Assembly (NCBI GenBank): GCA_044866005.1
Contig: JBIOTN010000012.1
Span: 1-43,106 of the forward strand
Reading direction: 5' to 3'
DNA: 43,106 bases
Origin: Candidatus Rokuibacteriota bacterium
GTDB taxonomy: Bacteria > Methylomirabilota > Methylomirabilia > Rokubacteriales > DASRDR01
Under the pieces are notes generated by a model, which was not told the DNA's origin, made no database searches, and saw only the letters and a program-made list of their open reading frames with translations. Numbering within the stretch: the stretch's first letter is position 1; each line of letters opens with the position of its first letter. The position numbers and the translations under genes are program-made. Shown here in pieces: positions 1-12,669 of this stretch.

Positions 1-203
1 GACCTCTACCCCTGCCCGTATCAGGCCGACCGGGTCTGTCGCCTGACGACCGTCGGCCGCGGCCGTGCGTGAGCCCGCCGCCGCGCCCCGAGCACGCGGG
101 CGGGATCGACCGCCCTCACTCGGACAGCGTCACGGCGCCCCGGGGGGCGCTGGCCGCTCCTCACGCCGCCCCGGGAGACCGCGACCCGGGAGAGCCATCG
201 ACG

Positions 204-2501
204 ATGGCTAGCCTGCACCAGCGCTCGCACAGGCCTCTCGACGCCGAGCTCATCGTCGCCCACGCCCCGGATCCGGTCTTCGTGACGGACCTCGAGGGCA
301 AGATCCTCCAGGCCAACGAGGCCGCCTCGTGGCTCCTGGGCTTTCGGCAGGACGAGCTGGTGGACCAGTCGCTCTCGCGCTTCATCAGCCCGGACGAGCG
401 GCGGGAAGTCACGGCGGCCCTGCGTGAGGTCGTCGCGCGCGGCGTCACCCGCAACGCCCGGCTGAATCCGCGGACCGCGGCGGGCGAGGTCATTCCCACG
501 ACGCTCAACGCCTCGGCGCTCCGCGACCCGCACGGCCGGGTGATCGGGGCGATCGGCATCCTGCGCGACATGCGGGAGCTCGACAAGGCCCGGGCCTATG
601 CCGAGAGCCTCATCACGAACGCCCCCGATCCGGTCTTCGTCTCCGATCTCCAGGGGAAGATCCTTCAGGCCAATGCCGCGGTGTCCGAGCTTCTCGGGCT
701 CCGGCCGGACGAGCTCCTGGAACAGTCCCTGTCCCGCTTCCTCGAGCCCGAGGAGACGCGGGAGTTCATGGGCGCGCTGCGCGAAGTCGTCCAGCGCGGT
801 GTCACCCGGGATGCCCGCCTGCATCCGCGCAGCGCCTCCGGCGCGATCATTCCGACCACCATGAACGCCGCGGCGCTCCGCGCGCCGGACGGGACGGTCA
901 TCGGCGCGATCGGCATCCTGCGCGACATGCGCGAGCTGGACAAGGCGCGGGCGTACGCCGAGAGTCTGATCAAGAACGCCCCGGATCCGGTCTTCGTCTC
1001 CGACCTGGAGGGCAAGATCCTCCAGGCCAACGACGCCGTCTTCGCCCTGCTGGGGTTCCGCCCCGACGAGCTGATCGAGCAGTCGCTCTCGCGGATCATC
1101 TCGTCCCAGGAGACCCGCGCGTTCCTCGCGGCCCTGCGCGAGGTCGTCGAGTGCGGGCTGACGCGGAACGCCCGGCTGACCCCGCGCAGCGCGTCCGGGG
1201 AAGTCATCCCGACGGCCCTCAACGCGTCGGCGTTGCGCGACGCCGAGGGCGAGGTGATCGGGGCCATCGGCATCCTGCGCGACATGCGCGCCTACGAGGC
1301 GGTCGTCCGCGACCTGCAGGAGTCACAGGGCCAGCTCGCCGAGGCGAACCAGGCGAAGGATCAGTTCCTGGCCGTGCTGTCGCACGAGCTGCGCACGCCC
1401 CTCCAGGCGATCCTGGGATGGGCGCGCCTGTTGCGCACCGGGACCCTGGATTCCGCGGGCGCCGGCCGCGCCCTCGACGTCATCGAGCGGAACGCCAGGG
1501 TGCAGACGCAGCTGATCGACGACCTGCTCGATGTCTCGCGCATCGTGACCGGCAAGCTGCGCCTGGACGTGCGGCCGGTCGACCTCGTCTTCGTCGTCGA
1601 GGCGGCCATCGAGGCGGTGCGGGGGCTGGCGGACGCCAAGGCCATCCGGCTCGACGTCGTCCTGGACCCCTCGGCCAGCCGGGTCACGGGCGACCCGGAC
1701 CGCCTGCAGCAGGTCGTCTGGAACCTCCTCTCCAACGCGATCAAGTTCACGCCGGAGGAGGGACGGGTCGAGATCCGACTCGACCAGCTCGAGGCCGTGG
1801 CGCGGATCACGGTGACCGACACCGGCATGGGGATCAGCCCGGACTTCCTCCCTTACGTCTTCGACCGGTTCCGCCAGGCCGAGATCCCGGGCGCGCGCGC
1901 GCACGGCGGGCTGGGGCTGGGCCTGGCGATCGTGCGGCACTTCGTGGAGCTCCACGGCGGCGCCGTCCGCGCCGAGAGCGGCGGCGAGGGGCGCGGCGCG
2001 CGATTCACCGTCGAGCTGCCGCTGACGGTCGCCCGCACGGCGTCGGGCCGGCCGCCGTCGATCTCCCGGCGAGGCGCCGCGCCCCTCGAGGCCGGCAGCC
2101 TCGCCGGCGTCCGCGTCCTCCTCGTCGAGGACCAGGCCGACGCGCGGGAGCTCCTCACGACGGTCCTCCGACAGGCGGGAGCCGACGCGCGGGCGGTGCC
2201 GTCGGTCGGCGAGGCGCTCGAGACGTTCCAGGGCTTCCGCCCACACGTTCTGGTCAGCGATCTCGGCATGCCCGGCGAAGACGGCTACGCCCTGATCCGC
2301 AAGGTCCGGGCGCTCGAGCCCGCCCGCCGGGCGATCCCGGCCGTCGCGCTCACGGCCTACGCGGGCGCGGAGGACCGCCGCCGCGCGCTCTCGGCCGGCT
2401 TCCAGCTGCACGTGGCCAAGCCCGTCGAGCCGGCCGTGCTGGCGGCGGCCATCGCCGGCCTGGCGAAGGGGCGCGCGGGCCGCTCGATCCGTCGGCGCTG
2501 A
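204..2501 (+). CDS. Cytoplasmic hybrid sensor histidine kinase (3xPAS-HisKA-HATPase-REC)
   Basis: H-box FLAVLSHELRTPL, N-box NLLSNAIKFT, G boxes DTGMG and GLGLGL, C-terminal receiver (LLVED...SDLGMPGEDG...KP). Three tandem PAS units. Start placed at ATG 204 after GGGAGAG; the ORF is open from 69. Confidence 0.93.
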   Translation: MASLHQRSHRPLDAELIVAHAPDPVFVTDLEGKILQANEAASWLLGFRQDELVDQSLSRFISPDERREVTAALREVVARGVTRNARLNPRTAAGEVIPTTLNASALRDPHGRVIGAIGILRDMRELDKARAYAESLITNAPDPVFVSDLQGKILQANAAVSELLGLRPDELLEQSLSRFLEPEETREFMGALREVVQRGVTRDARLHPRSASGAIIPTTMNAAALRAPDGTVIGAIGILRDMRELDKARAYAESLIKNAPDPVFVSDLEGKILQANDAVFALLGFRPDELIEQSLSRIISSQETRAFLAALREVVECGLTRNARLTPRSASGEVIPTALNASALRDAEGEVIGAIGILRDMRAYEAVVRDLQESQGQLAEANQAKDQFLAVLSHELRTPLQAILGWARLLRTGTLDSAGAGRALDVIERNARVQTQLIDDLLDVSRIVTGKLRLDVRPVDLVFVVEAAIEAVRGLADAKAIRLDVVLDPSASRVTGDPDRLQQVVWNLLSNAIKFTPEEGRVEIRLDQLEAVARITVTDTGMGISPDFLPYVFDRFRQAEIPGARAHGGLGLGLAIVRHFVELHGGAVRAESGGEGRGARFTVELPLTVARTASGRPPSISRRGAAPLEAGSLAGVRVLLVEDQADARELLTTVLRQAGADARAVPSVGEALETFQGFRPHVLVSDLGMPGEDGYALIRKVRALEPARRAIPAVALTAYAGAEDRRRALSAGFQLHVAKPVEPAVLAAAIAGLAKGRAGRSIRRR
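264..1290 (+). repeat. Intragenic tandem repeat of PAS domain, 3 units, 357 bp period
   Basis: APDPVFV codons begin at 264, 621 and 978; each unit ends GAIGILRDMR. Confidence 0.9.
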
Positions 2502-2543
2502 CGCCAGCCCGCCACCCGGCGCGCCGGAGCGCGCCGGCCCGGC

Positions 2544-5249
<2,706 letters not shown>

Positions 5250-5264
5250 GCTCGCCTTCCCGGC

Positions 5265-6200
5265 TCAGCGCGCATGGAAGGGCGGGAGAACCTCCTCGGC
5301 GAGCTGCGCGAGCTGGTCCAGCATCGCGCCGGGTGGGACCATCGGTCGGAGCACGAACTTCGTGCCCCCGCCGGCGACGAACCGCTCGATCGCGGTCGCG
5401 ACCGCCTCCGCCGGCCCCACCGCGGTCGTCGCGGAGAGCGTCGCCTCGTCGGCCCGGTCGCGGGGCAGGAAGGGCTGCGCCGCCCGCCAGCCGTCCTCGG
5501 GCGAGGGGGCGAGGACGAAGGGGACGATCGTGCCGAAGTGGTCGTCGGGGATGGCGCGCTGCGCGGCGGCGGCGTGCGTCCGGATGCGCTCGACGGCGCG
5601 CGCGAACGCGGGAGGCGCGACGAGCGAGCCGAGCCAGCCGTCCCCGAGCCGGCCGGCGCGCCGGAGCGCGGCCTCGCTCGTCCCGCCGATCCAGAGCGGC
5701 GGCGGCGTCTGGACGGGCCGGGGGAAGAGCCGCACGCGGTCGAGCGTGAAGTACGAGCCGCGGTGGCTCACCTCCTCCTCGAGCCAGAGCCGCCGGATGA
5801 CCTCGATGGCCTCGTCGGTGCGCGCCCCGCGCCGGCCGGCCGGGACGCCGCCCGCCTCCCACTCCCGGCGGTGGTCCAGGCCCACGCCGACCACGGGGAA
5901 CACGCGCCCGTCCGAGAGCACGTCGAGCGTCGCGAGGCTCTTGGCCGCGAGAAGGGGGCTGCGGAACGGGAGGACGAGGACCGCCGTGCCGAACTTGAGG
6001 CGGCGGGTCCGCGCCGCCAGGGCCGCCAGCGCGGTCAAGGGCTCCAGGGTCGGCGCGAGGAGGCGATCGGAGAGCCAGAGGGAATCGATCGTCGTCCGCT
6101 CGCACAGGTCGGCCAGGCGCCAGAAGAGCTCCCGCCCGGCCGGGCCCTCCGGCCACGGCCCCGGCATGACGCCGATCCGGATCTTGGCGGGCCCGAGCAC
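5265..6200 (-). CDS. LLM-class flavin/F420-dependent oxidoreductase
   Basis: DSLWLSD, LAARTRRLKFGTAV, PPLWIGG and RRAGRLGDGW motifs. Start is GTG 6200 or 6209. Confidence 0.88.
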   Translation of the reverse strand: MLGPAKIRIGVMPGPWPEGPAGRELFWRLADLCERTTIDSLWLSDRLLAPTLEPLTALAALAARTRRLKFGTAVLVLPFRSPLLAAKSLATLDVLSDGRVFPVVGVGLDHRREWEAGGVPAGRRGARTDEAIEVIRRLWLEEEVSHRGSYFTLDRVRLFPRPVQTPPPLWIGGTSEAALRRAGRLGDGWLGSLVAPPAFARAVERIRTHAAAAQRAIPDDHFGTIVPFVLAPSPEDGWRAAQPFLPRDRADEATLSATTAVGPAEAVATAIERFVAGGGTKFVLRPMVPPGAMLDQLAQLAEEVLPPFHAR

Positions 6201-6222
6201 GGGCCTCACTCTACCACGAGGC

Positions 6223-7074
6223 TCAGTAATCTTTCGGATCGAGGACGTCGCGGAGCCCGTCCCCGGCGAGGTTGAAGGAGAGCGTCAGCACGAAGATGGC
6301 CAGCCCCGGCCACCAGGCCATCCAGGGCGCCGTGTCGAGGTACTGCTGGGCCGTGTTCAGCATCGTGCCCCAGCTCGCGTCCGGGGGCTGCACGCCGAGC
6401 CCGAGGAACGAGAGCACCGCCTCGGCGATGATCGCGGTCGGAATGGAGACCGTCGCCTGGACCAGGATCGCGCTCGCGATGTTCGGCAGGATGTAGCGCG
6501 CCATCACGCGGAGGTCGCCCGCGCCGACGGCCCGCGCGCCCTGGACGTAGTCTTCCTCGCGCGTCGCGAGGACCAGCCCGCGCGTCAGCCGAATGTAGGT
6601 GGGCGTCGCGCCGAGGCCGATCGCCAGCGTGGCGTTGATGAGCGACGGGCCCAGGATCGTCACCAGGCCGATCGCCAGGATCAGGAACGGAAAGGCGAGC
6701 CAGGCGTCCGTCAGGCGCATGACGAGCTGGTCGAGGGTCCCGCGGTAATACCCGGAGGCGAGCCCCAGCGGGACGCCGAGCGCGATCGCGAAGAGGATCG
6801 ACAGCACCCCGGCGCGCATGGAGATCCGCGCGCCCCACATCACGCGCGACAGGTTGTCCCGGCCCAGGTCGTCCGTGCCGAAGGGGTTCTGCCGGGTGGG
6901 CGCCTTGCGGATCTTGCTCCACTCGGTCTGCGTCGGATCGGCCGGCGCCAGCCAGGGCGCGCCGACGGCCACGACCACGAAGAGCAGCACGACGGCGGCC
7001 CCCGCCACCGCCGGCGGCCGCCGGGCGAGCCGCCGCCAGCGTCGCGCCAGGCTCCCCGGCCGCCGCTCAGGCAC
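6223..7074 (-). CDS. Peptide/nickel ABC transporter permease (DppC/OppC-like)
   Basis: PFGTDDLGRD, EAA-type loop YVQGARAVGA, LSFLGLG, GDGLRDVLDP. Confidence 0.93.
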   Translation of the reverse strand: MPERRPGSLARRWRRLARRPPAVAGAAVVLLFVVVAVGAPWLAPADPTQTEWSKIRKAPTRQNPFGTDDLGRDNLSRVMWGARISMRAGVLSILFAIALGVPLGLASGYYRGTLDQLVMRLTDAWLAFPFLILAIGLVTILGPSLINATLAIGLGATPTYIRLTRGLVLATREEDYVQGARAVGAGDLRVMARYILPNIASAILVQATVSIPTAIIAEAVLSFLGLGVQPPDASWGTMLNTAQQYLDTAPWMAWWPGLAIFVLTLSFNLAGDGLRDVLDPKDY

Positions 7075-8029
7075 CGCCCACCCCGCCTCGCGCGCGGATC
7101 CGCGGGTTGAGCACGGAGTAGGAGACGTCCACGAGCAGGTTGATCAGCACGTACGCGCTGGCGGTGATGAGCACGACGCCCTGGACGAGCGGGTAGTCGC
7201 GGGTGAACACCGCCTCGACGATCAGCCGGCCGAAGCCCGGGACCACGAAGATCTGCTCGGTGACCACGGCCCCGCTGATGAGCGCGCCCATCTGGAGGCC
7301 CAGGATGGTCACCACCGGGATGAGCCCGTTCCGGATGGCGTGACGGAGCACCACGGCGCGCGGCGCGAGCCCCTTGCTCCGGGCGGTCCGGATGTAGTCC
7401 GCGCCCAGCACCTCGATCATCGCGTTCCGCGTCTGCCGCATCAGCACGGCCGCGAGCGCGGTTCCCAGGACGAAGGCAGGCATGAGCATGCGCCGGAGGT
7501 TCTCGACGGGATCCTCGGCGAAGGGCACGAAGCCCGAGGCCGGCAGCCAGCCGAGGCGCACGGAGAAGAACAGGATGAGCATGATCCCGAGCCAGAAGTT
7601 CGGGATGGAGACGCCGAAGAGCGAGGCCCCGCTCAGGAAGAAGTCCCACGCGCTGTTCCGGCGGAGGGCGGAGAGGACGCCCGCCGGCAGGGCGATGGTC
7701 ACGGCCACCGTGAGGGCGGCGAGGGCGAGCTCGAGCGTGATGGGGAGCTTCCGCGCGACGGTGCGAGCGACCGACTCGCGGGTCCGGATCGACTCCCCCA
7801 GGTCGCCGCGCAACGCGAGGCCGACCCACCGGACGTACTGGACGGGGATCGGATCGGTCAGGCCGTATTTCTGACGGATCTCCTGGAGACCGGCCGGGTC
7901 GGCCTCGGTCCCGCCCATCACCCGGGCCGGGTCGCCGGGGATCAGACGCACGCCGGTGAAGACGATGAGCGAGATCAGGAAGAGGGTGACGACGGAGATG
8001 ACCGTCCGCTGGGCCAGGAACTCCAGCAC
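7067..8029 (-). CDS. Peptide/nickel ABC transporter permease (DppB/OppB-like)
   Basis: PGDPA, GDLGES, DYIRTARSKGL, NPRIR. Confidence 0.93.
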   Translation of the reverse strand: MLEFLAQRTVISVVTLFLISLIVFTGVRLIPGDPARVMGGTEADPAGLQEIRQKYGLTDPIPVQYVRWVGLALRGDLGESIRTRESVARTVARKLPITLELALAALTVAVTIALPAGVLSALRRNSAWDFFLSGASLFGVSIPNFWLGIMLILFFSVRLGWLPASGFVPFAEDPVENLRRMLMPAFVLGTALAAVLMRQTRNAMIEVLGADYIRTARSKGLAPRAVVLRHAIRNGLIPVVTILGLQMGALISGAVVTEQIFVVPGFGRLIVEAVFTRDYPLVQGVVLITASAYVLINLLVDVSYSVLNPRIRARGGVGGA

Positions 8030-8132
8030 GGCCGCTTACGATAACGGGTCAGCGGTCTCAGGCCCGGCGACAGGCCTCCTCCCCGGGGGGAGGCAGGCCC
8101 GGGCCGATCGGCCGCGACGAACGGCCGAACGG

Positions 8133-8181
8133 CCCGGCTTCGCCGGGAGGGCATTCTCCGGGGGGCGGAGCCCCTCTCCGA
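8133..8181. repeat. Degenerate repeat B (twin-hairpin REP-like) copy
   Basis: CCGGC-TTC-GCCGG hairpin followed by ...GGGGGCGGAGCCCCTCTCCGA, the same layout as the copies at 17931 and 35603. Confidence 0.45.
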
Positions 8182-8184
8182 AGA

Positions 8185-9741
8185 CTACGGCCAGGTCACG
8201 CCCTTGATCCGGATGAGGCCGTCCGGCACGGCTTTGTACCCCTTGAGGTTCTTCGGGTACGCGACGATGTAGTTCAGGTGATAGAGGTAGATGATGTTGC
8301 GACGGGCCGTGAACTTCTCGATCGCCTGGCGGTAGAGGTCGATCCGCTCCCGCTGGTCGCTGACCTCCCGCGCCCGGTTCAGGAGCGCGTCGATCGCCTC
8401 GTCGCAGGCATGCGTCGTGTTCAGGCTGCCCCGACAGGTCTGGAACTGGTGGATGTTGGCGTCGGGGTCCACGCGGCCGCTCCAGCCGACCTGGAAGGCC
8501 TGGAGCTTGCCGGCGTCGTCGTCGTTCAGGGCCGAGGCGAACTCGGACGGCCGGATGCTCACGTTGAAGCCGGCCTCCTTCGCCATGCCCTGGATCACCT
8601 CCGCCACCCGCCGTTCCGGCGGCTGGTTCTGGACGGTCAGCTCGAAGCCGTAGCCGCCGGCGAGGCCGGCGTCGGCCAGGAGCTTCTTGGCGCGGGCCAC
8701 GTCCCGGCCGGGGCACTTCCGCGACCGGTCGGCGAACGGGCTGACCGGCGAGATGGGACCGCAGCCCGGGGTGTACTGACCTTCCCACGCCACCTGGTTG
8801 AGCGCCTCGCGATCGATCGCCAGCTCGAGCGCCTCGCGCACGCGCGGGTCGTTCGCGAGCGGCGTGCCGAGGTCGCCCGGCGGCTGGTCCTTGCCGGTCT
8901 TGTTTCGTAAATTGATCGTGATCCCGGAATACCCGATGCCGGTCACGCTGGCCACGTCGAAGCGGCCCTCCTTGCGGAGGGTCGCGGCGTGCGTGGGCGT
9001 CACCAGGTGCATCATGTCGATGTCGCCCGAGCGCAGGTTCGCCAGGCGGACGTTGTCGTCCGTGATGATCCGGAAGATCAGCTTGTCGAAGGCGGCCGCC
9101 TTGGGGTCGAAATAGTGAGTGGAGCGCTCGAGCACGATCCGGTCCTGCGCCACCCGCTCCGTCACGCTCCACGGGCCCACGCAGATCGGCGCGGTCCCGA
9201 ACTTGTCATCGAGCTTCCGGGCCTGGGTGGGCGAGACGGGCATGCCGGCGCGGTCGGCGAGGATGGCCACGATCGGGGAGAACGGGGCCTTGAGGCGCAG
9301 GCGCACGGTCGTCGGATCGGCGACCTCGACGCCGTCGACGTGGTCCAGCTCGCTGCGGCGGTTCGACCCCTTCATCTCGCGGTGGCGATCCAGGGAGAAC
9401 TTGACCGCCTCGGCGGTCATCGGCGTGCCGTCGTTGAACTTCACCCCGGCGCGCAGCCGGATCGTCACGGTCTTCCCGCCGTCGCTGAATCGGGGCAGCT
9501 CGGCGGCCAGCTGGGGATAGATGTTGAGCTTCTCGTCGATCTCGTAGAGCTTCTCGCACATCTGGGCATAGATGATGCGGCCCACGTAGGTCCGCGACAG
9601 CGTGGGGTCCAGGATGTCCGGATCCTGGTTGAGGGCCACGACCAGCGTCGTCTTCTTCTGCGCGCCGACGTCCCCGGGCACCAGCGCGAGGGCGACCAGC
9701 ATCCCCAGGGCGAGCCTCCACGCGATCGTCATCCCGCTCAT
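8185..9741 (-). CDS. ABC transporter substrate-binding protein, family 5 (DppA/OppA-like)
   Basis: Signal peptide, LDP, LRAGVKFNDGTP, DPRVREAL; GGAG upstream of the start. Confidence 0.92.
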   Translation of the reverse strand: MSGMTIAWRLALGMLVALALVPGDVGAQKKTTLVVALNQDPDILDPTLSRTYVGRIIYAQMCEKLYEIDEKLNIYPQLAAELPRFSDGGKTVTIRLRAGVKFNDGTPMTAEAVKFSLDRHREMKGSNRRSELDHVDGVEVADPTTVRLRLKAPFSPIVAILADRAGMPVSPTQARKLDDKFGTAPICVGPWSVTERVAQDRIVLERSTHYFDPKAAAFDKLIFRIITDDNVRLANLRSGDIDMMHLVTPTHAATLRKEGRFDVASVTGIGYSGITINLRNKTGKDQPPGDLGTPLANDPRVREALELAIDREALNQVAWEGQYTPGCGPISPVSPFADRSRKCPGRDVARAKKLLADAGLAGGYGFELTVQNQPPERRVAEVIQGMAKEAGFNVSIRPSEFASALNDDDAGKLQAFQVGWSGRVDPDANIHQFQTCRGSLNTTHACDEAIDALLNRAREVSDQRERIDLYRQAIEKFTARRNIIYLYHLNYIVAYPKNLKGYKAVPDGLIRIKGVTWP

Positions 9742-9778
9742 GGCGCTCTCCTCCGCTTTCGGTCCGTTCGACCCTCGG

Positions 9779-10447
9779 TCAGTACTTGATCCGCCCGAAC
9801 AGCCGCTGCCCCTCCGGGCCGTACTCCCGGCCGACCCGCTCCCAGTGGGCCACCGCCACCGCGTAGACGCGCTGCAGCTCGGCGACCGGGTCGGGGTGAT
9901 CGTCCACCCGCAGATTGTGGTAGCCCCGCGGCGGGTCGGCCGCGACGAGGAGGGCGGCCGACTGCTTGCCGCGCTTGTCCCCGCCCGCTTGCTGGCCCGC
10001 TTCGAGCGCTCTGAGGAGGCGCGCCGCCAGCTCTTCCGCCGCGCCCGCCAGGAAGGCCTCCGCCATCGCCTTGATCACCCCTTCGCCGGCGAGCATGTTC
10101 CCCGCGACCGTGAACCCCTCGCCGGCCAGGTGGCCGCACCACTCGACGCAGCGGGCGCCGGTGTGGACGACGCTCCCGCGGGCGTCCACGCCGTGGAGCT
10201 GCCGCAGCTCCCGGTCCGGATCGGCCGCCAGCAGGGACGGGAGCGCCTGCCCCAGCGGCATCCCCTGCTCGACGAGCGCGAGCCCGTGACGGCCGAGATC
10301 GGTGTTCACCCGCGCTTGGGTCGCGATCGCCGCCCGGCGCGAGACGAACGGCACGAGGCTGCCGACGGCCGGGCGCGCCGTGGCGACGGCGACGCCGAAG
10401 TCGCCGCTGCGGAGACACCGGGCGGCGATCGAGAAGGTGGTCAGCAT
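9779..10447 (-). CDS. DUF1028 family protein (Ntn-hydrolase-like)
   Basis: N-terminal TFSIAARC...FGVAVAT, AGNML, AGGDKRGKQSAAL, LRVDDHPDP. Confidence 0.88.
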   Translation of the reverse strand: MLTTFSIAARCLRSGDFGVAVATARPAVGSLVPFVSRRAAIATQARVNTDLGRHGLALVEQGMPLGQALPSLLAADPDRELRQLHGVDARGSVVHTGARCVEWCGHLAGEGFTVAGNMLAGEGVIKAMAEAFLAGAAEELAARLLRALEAGQQAGGDKRGKQSAALLVAADPPRGYHNLRVDDHPDPVAELQRVYAVAVAHWERVGREYGPEGQRLFGRIKY

Positions 10448-10451
10448 GGCG

Positions 10452-11483
10452 CTAGGAGACCCGCAGCTCCGCCGCGATGTCCTCGATCTGGCGCCACGTC
10501 TCGTCCTCGACCGGGATGCCGTGGGCGCGTCGCTCCCGCTCCATGCGCGCCTCGGGCTCGCCCGGGATCAGCACGTCCGCCCCACCCGACAGCGGCCGGG
10601 CCGACTTCACCCAGGCCAGAAGCTCGCTCACCTCCCGCGTGAAGTCGCCGAGCGGGCGGAAGCGCTGGACGTCCACCAGGACCATGAAGACGCCGTTGCG
10701 GACCGGTCCCGGCCTGGCGCTGATCGCGCCGGTCCCGGACAGGATGCCGCCCAGGACCTCGACGACCAGCGACAGCGCCGTCCCCTTGTGGCCGCCGACG
10801 GGCAAGAGACCGGCCCGGGGCGGCCCGTAGAACGCCCCCGAGTCGGTCACCGGGCGGCCGTCCGCGTCGATCGCCCACCCCTCGGGGAGCGGCTCCTTCC
10901 GGTTCCGCTTCACGCGCACCTTGCCCTCGGCGACGATGCTCGTCGCCATGTCGACCGAGATCGCCACGCCGCCGGCCGGCCCCGGCACGGCGACGGCCAG
11001 CGGGTTCGTGGAGAGTCGACGCTCCATCCCCCCGTAGGGCACCACGGAGACGGCGGCCGGCGCGTTGGTCCAGACCATCGCGACGACCCCGCGGGCGGCC
11101 GCCATCTCGGCATAGTCGGCGAGCCGGCCGATGTGGTTCGCGCCGTGCGCGCCGACGGCGGCCAGCCCGTGCTGCCCCGCCTTCTCGAGCGCGACCAGGG
11201 CGGCGTGGCGGGCGACGACCTGACCGAAGCCGCCGTCACCGTCCACGACGGCGGTCGTGGGAGTGTCGAGCGCGAGCTTCAGGGCCGGTCGCGGGTTCGT
11301 CTCGCCCTTGCGGACGGAGCCGACGTACTGCGGGATGCGGATCACCCCGTGGGAGTCGTGCCCGCGCAGGTTGGCGCGGACCAGGAGGGTCGCGATCCAC
11401 CGGGCGTCGTCCTCCGGCGTCCCCAGGGCGGCGAAGATGCGGGTCGTCAAGGCTTCCAGGCGATCGGCGGCGACGGTCGGCAA
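10452..11483 (-). CDS. Ldh_2 family (malate/L-lactate/ureidoglycolate-type) oxidoreductase
   Basis: GHDSHG, HIGRLADY, TNPLA, DMATS, GHKG and IPGEPE motifs. TTG start at 11483 preceded by AGGAGG. Confidence 0.9.
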   Translation of the reverse strand: MPTVAADRLEALTTRIFAALGTPEDDARWIATLLVRANLRGHDSHGVIRIPQYVGSVRKGETNPRPALKLALDTPTTAVVDGDGGFGQVVARHAALVALEKAGQHGLAAVGAHGANHIGRLADYAEMAAARGVVAMVWTNAPAAVSVVPYGGMERRLSTNPLAVAVPGPAGGVAISVDMATSIVAEGKVRVKRNRKEPLPEGWAIDADGRPVTDSGAFYGPPRAGLLPVGGHKGTALSLVVEVLGGILSGTGAISARPGPVRNGVFMVLVDVQRFRPLGDFTREVSELLAWVKSARPLSGGADVLIPGEPEARMERERRAHGIPVEDETWRQIEDIAAELRVS

Positions 11484-11680
11484 CGGGCTCCTCCTGGAGA
11501 GGGATGGGCGCGCGTCGTGCGGTCCCGGCAGAAACCCTTCTAGCACACGGTGGGCGGAGGCAGCAACCGAGGGGCGCGACGTGCCGGCGCCGCGCGCGCG
11601 GCGAGCGCGCCGCGTGCGGGCGGCGGCCTCGCCGTGGCCTCCGGGCCCGACCCGTCCCGAAGGCCACAGCAGGAGGCTGG

Positions 11681-12115
11681 TCAGGACTTGGGCTTCGCCT
11701 CGGTCGCCTTCCCCGCCGGCCTCAGCCGGACTCGCTGGGCCGTCATCTTCCCGTTGGCTTCCGTGTAGAGGACGGACGCCGTCTCGTTCGCGGCGATCTT
11801 CCCGGGCTCGACGGGCTTGTCCCCTCGCATGATCTTCGTGTCCTTCGTCACCGCGAACGTCAGCTCCTTCTTGTCCTTGTCCTTGCCGGTGACCAGGACC
11901 AGGCTGCTGGCCGACGCGCTCTTCACCGTCCCGGCCGCCATCTTGCCCTTGGCGGCGGTATCGGTGGCGGGCTTCGGAGACGCCGGAGCCGTCGTCGACG
12001 GCGCCGGCTTTGGAGCGGGCGTCGTGGTCGACTGCGCCAGAGCCGGCGCCGCCGAGCCGACGATCACCGCCACGATCACCACCCACGCACAGGAGCGTCG
12101 AAACACCTGGCTCAC
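11681..12115 (-). CDS. Secreted small protein, signal peptide + P/T/A linker + basic beta-rich domain (DUF5666-like)
   Basis: Signal peptide ending ALA-Q; GTVKS...FAVTKDTKI...A+V pattern. Confidence 0.7.
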   Translation of the reverse strand: MSQVFRRSCAWVVIVAVIVGSAAPALAQSTTTPAPKPAPSTTAPASPKPATDTAAKGKMAAGTVKSASASSLVLVTGKDKDKKELTFAVTKDTKIMRGDKPVEPGKIAANETASVLYTEANGKMTAQRVRLRPAGKATEAKPKS

Positions 12116-12321
12116 CCCCCTTCGGGACCTCGGTCGATTGCGGTTCCGATCATATACCAGACGTCACACGGCCGGCGCCCCTATCGAGGCGGCACCGGCC
12201 GATCCGGCCGATCGGACCGTCTACCACAAGAACCCGCCGTCCCGCTCGGCGGTTCCGGACGCGGCCCCGCACGGCACGAAGTCGAACTGCCGGCCGCACG
12301 CGGCTCCACTCCGAGGTGGCC

Positions 12322-12348
12322 ATCGGGGCCTTCCGAGACCCCGCCGAA
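12322..12348. repeat. Degenerate half copy of repeat B
   Basis: ATCGGGGCCTTCCGAGACCCCGCCGAA shares the CTTCCGAGACCCC core of the 17931-17997 copy. Confidence 0.45.
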
Positions 12349-12364
12349 GACGCTAGAGTGGGGC

Positions 12365-12664
12365 GTGGCCCTGTTCCGGACGCTCGGCGGCCTCCTGGGA
12401 CGGCTCGTGGGGCGGGGCGGACCGGCCCGCCCACCGGCGCTCGTCGCGCCGGGCGCGCGGGTCCGGCTGCGGACCCCGCTCGCCAGCGGCGATCGCGTGT
12501 GGATTCCGGCGGGCGCCGCCGGCATCGTCGTGGGCTGGGACACGAGGAGCCGGCGGGCGAGCGTCGAGCTCGACACGCCGCGCACGGTGGTCACGGTCCC
12601 CTGGGCCTGGCTCGAAGAGGACGCCGCTCCGCCGCTCGCCGGGCCGAGACGCGAGCAGCCCTAG
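12365..12664 (+). CDS. Small hypothetical protein (~99 aa, SH3/KOW-like beta pattern)
   Basis: PGARVRL...GAAGIVVGWD...VEL...VPWAWLE. TAGAGT -10-like hexamer 5 nt before GTG. Confidence 0.6.
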   Translation: MALFRTLGGLLGRLVGRGGPARPPALVAPGARVRLRTPLASGDRVWIPAGAAGIVVGWDTRSRRASVELDTPRTVVTVPWAWLEEDAAPPLAGPRREQP

Positions 12665-12669
12665 TTCCT

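Noticed and set aside
2502..2543. CCGGCCCGGC resembling a repeat A right end at the position predicted by the 10 kb spacing
   Set aside because: A 9-bp GC-only match is expected by chance, and no other part of the element is present.
11634..11667. Hairpin GTGGCCT.CGGG / CCCG.AGGCCAC as an intrinsic terminator
   Set aside because: No U-tract and only a single occurrence; cannot be supported.
11484..12086. N-terminal extensions given by the ORF track (Ldh_2; likewise NUDIX, TIGR04282-like, TatD, M28, DmpA, permeases)
   Set aside because: The extensions overlap other genes. RBS or ATGA/GTGA overlaps mark shorter true starts, so these are not fusions.
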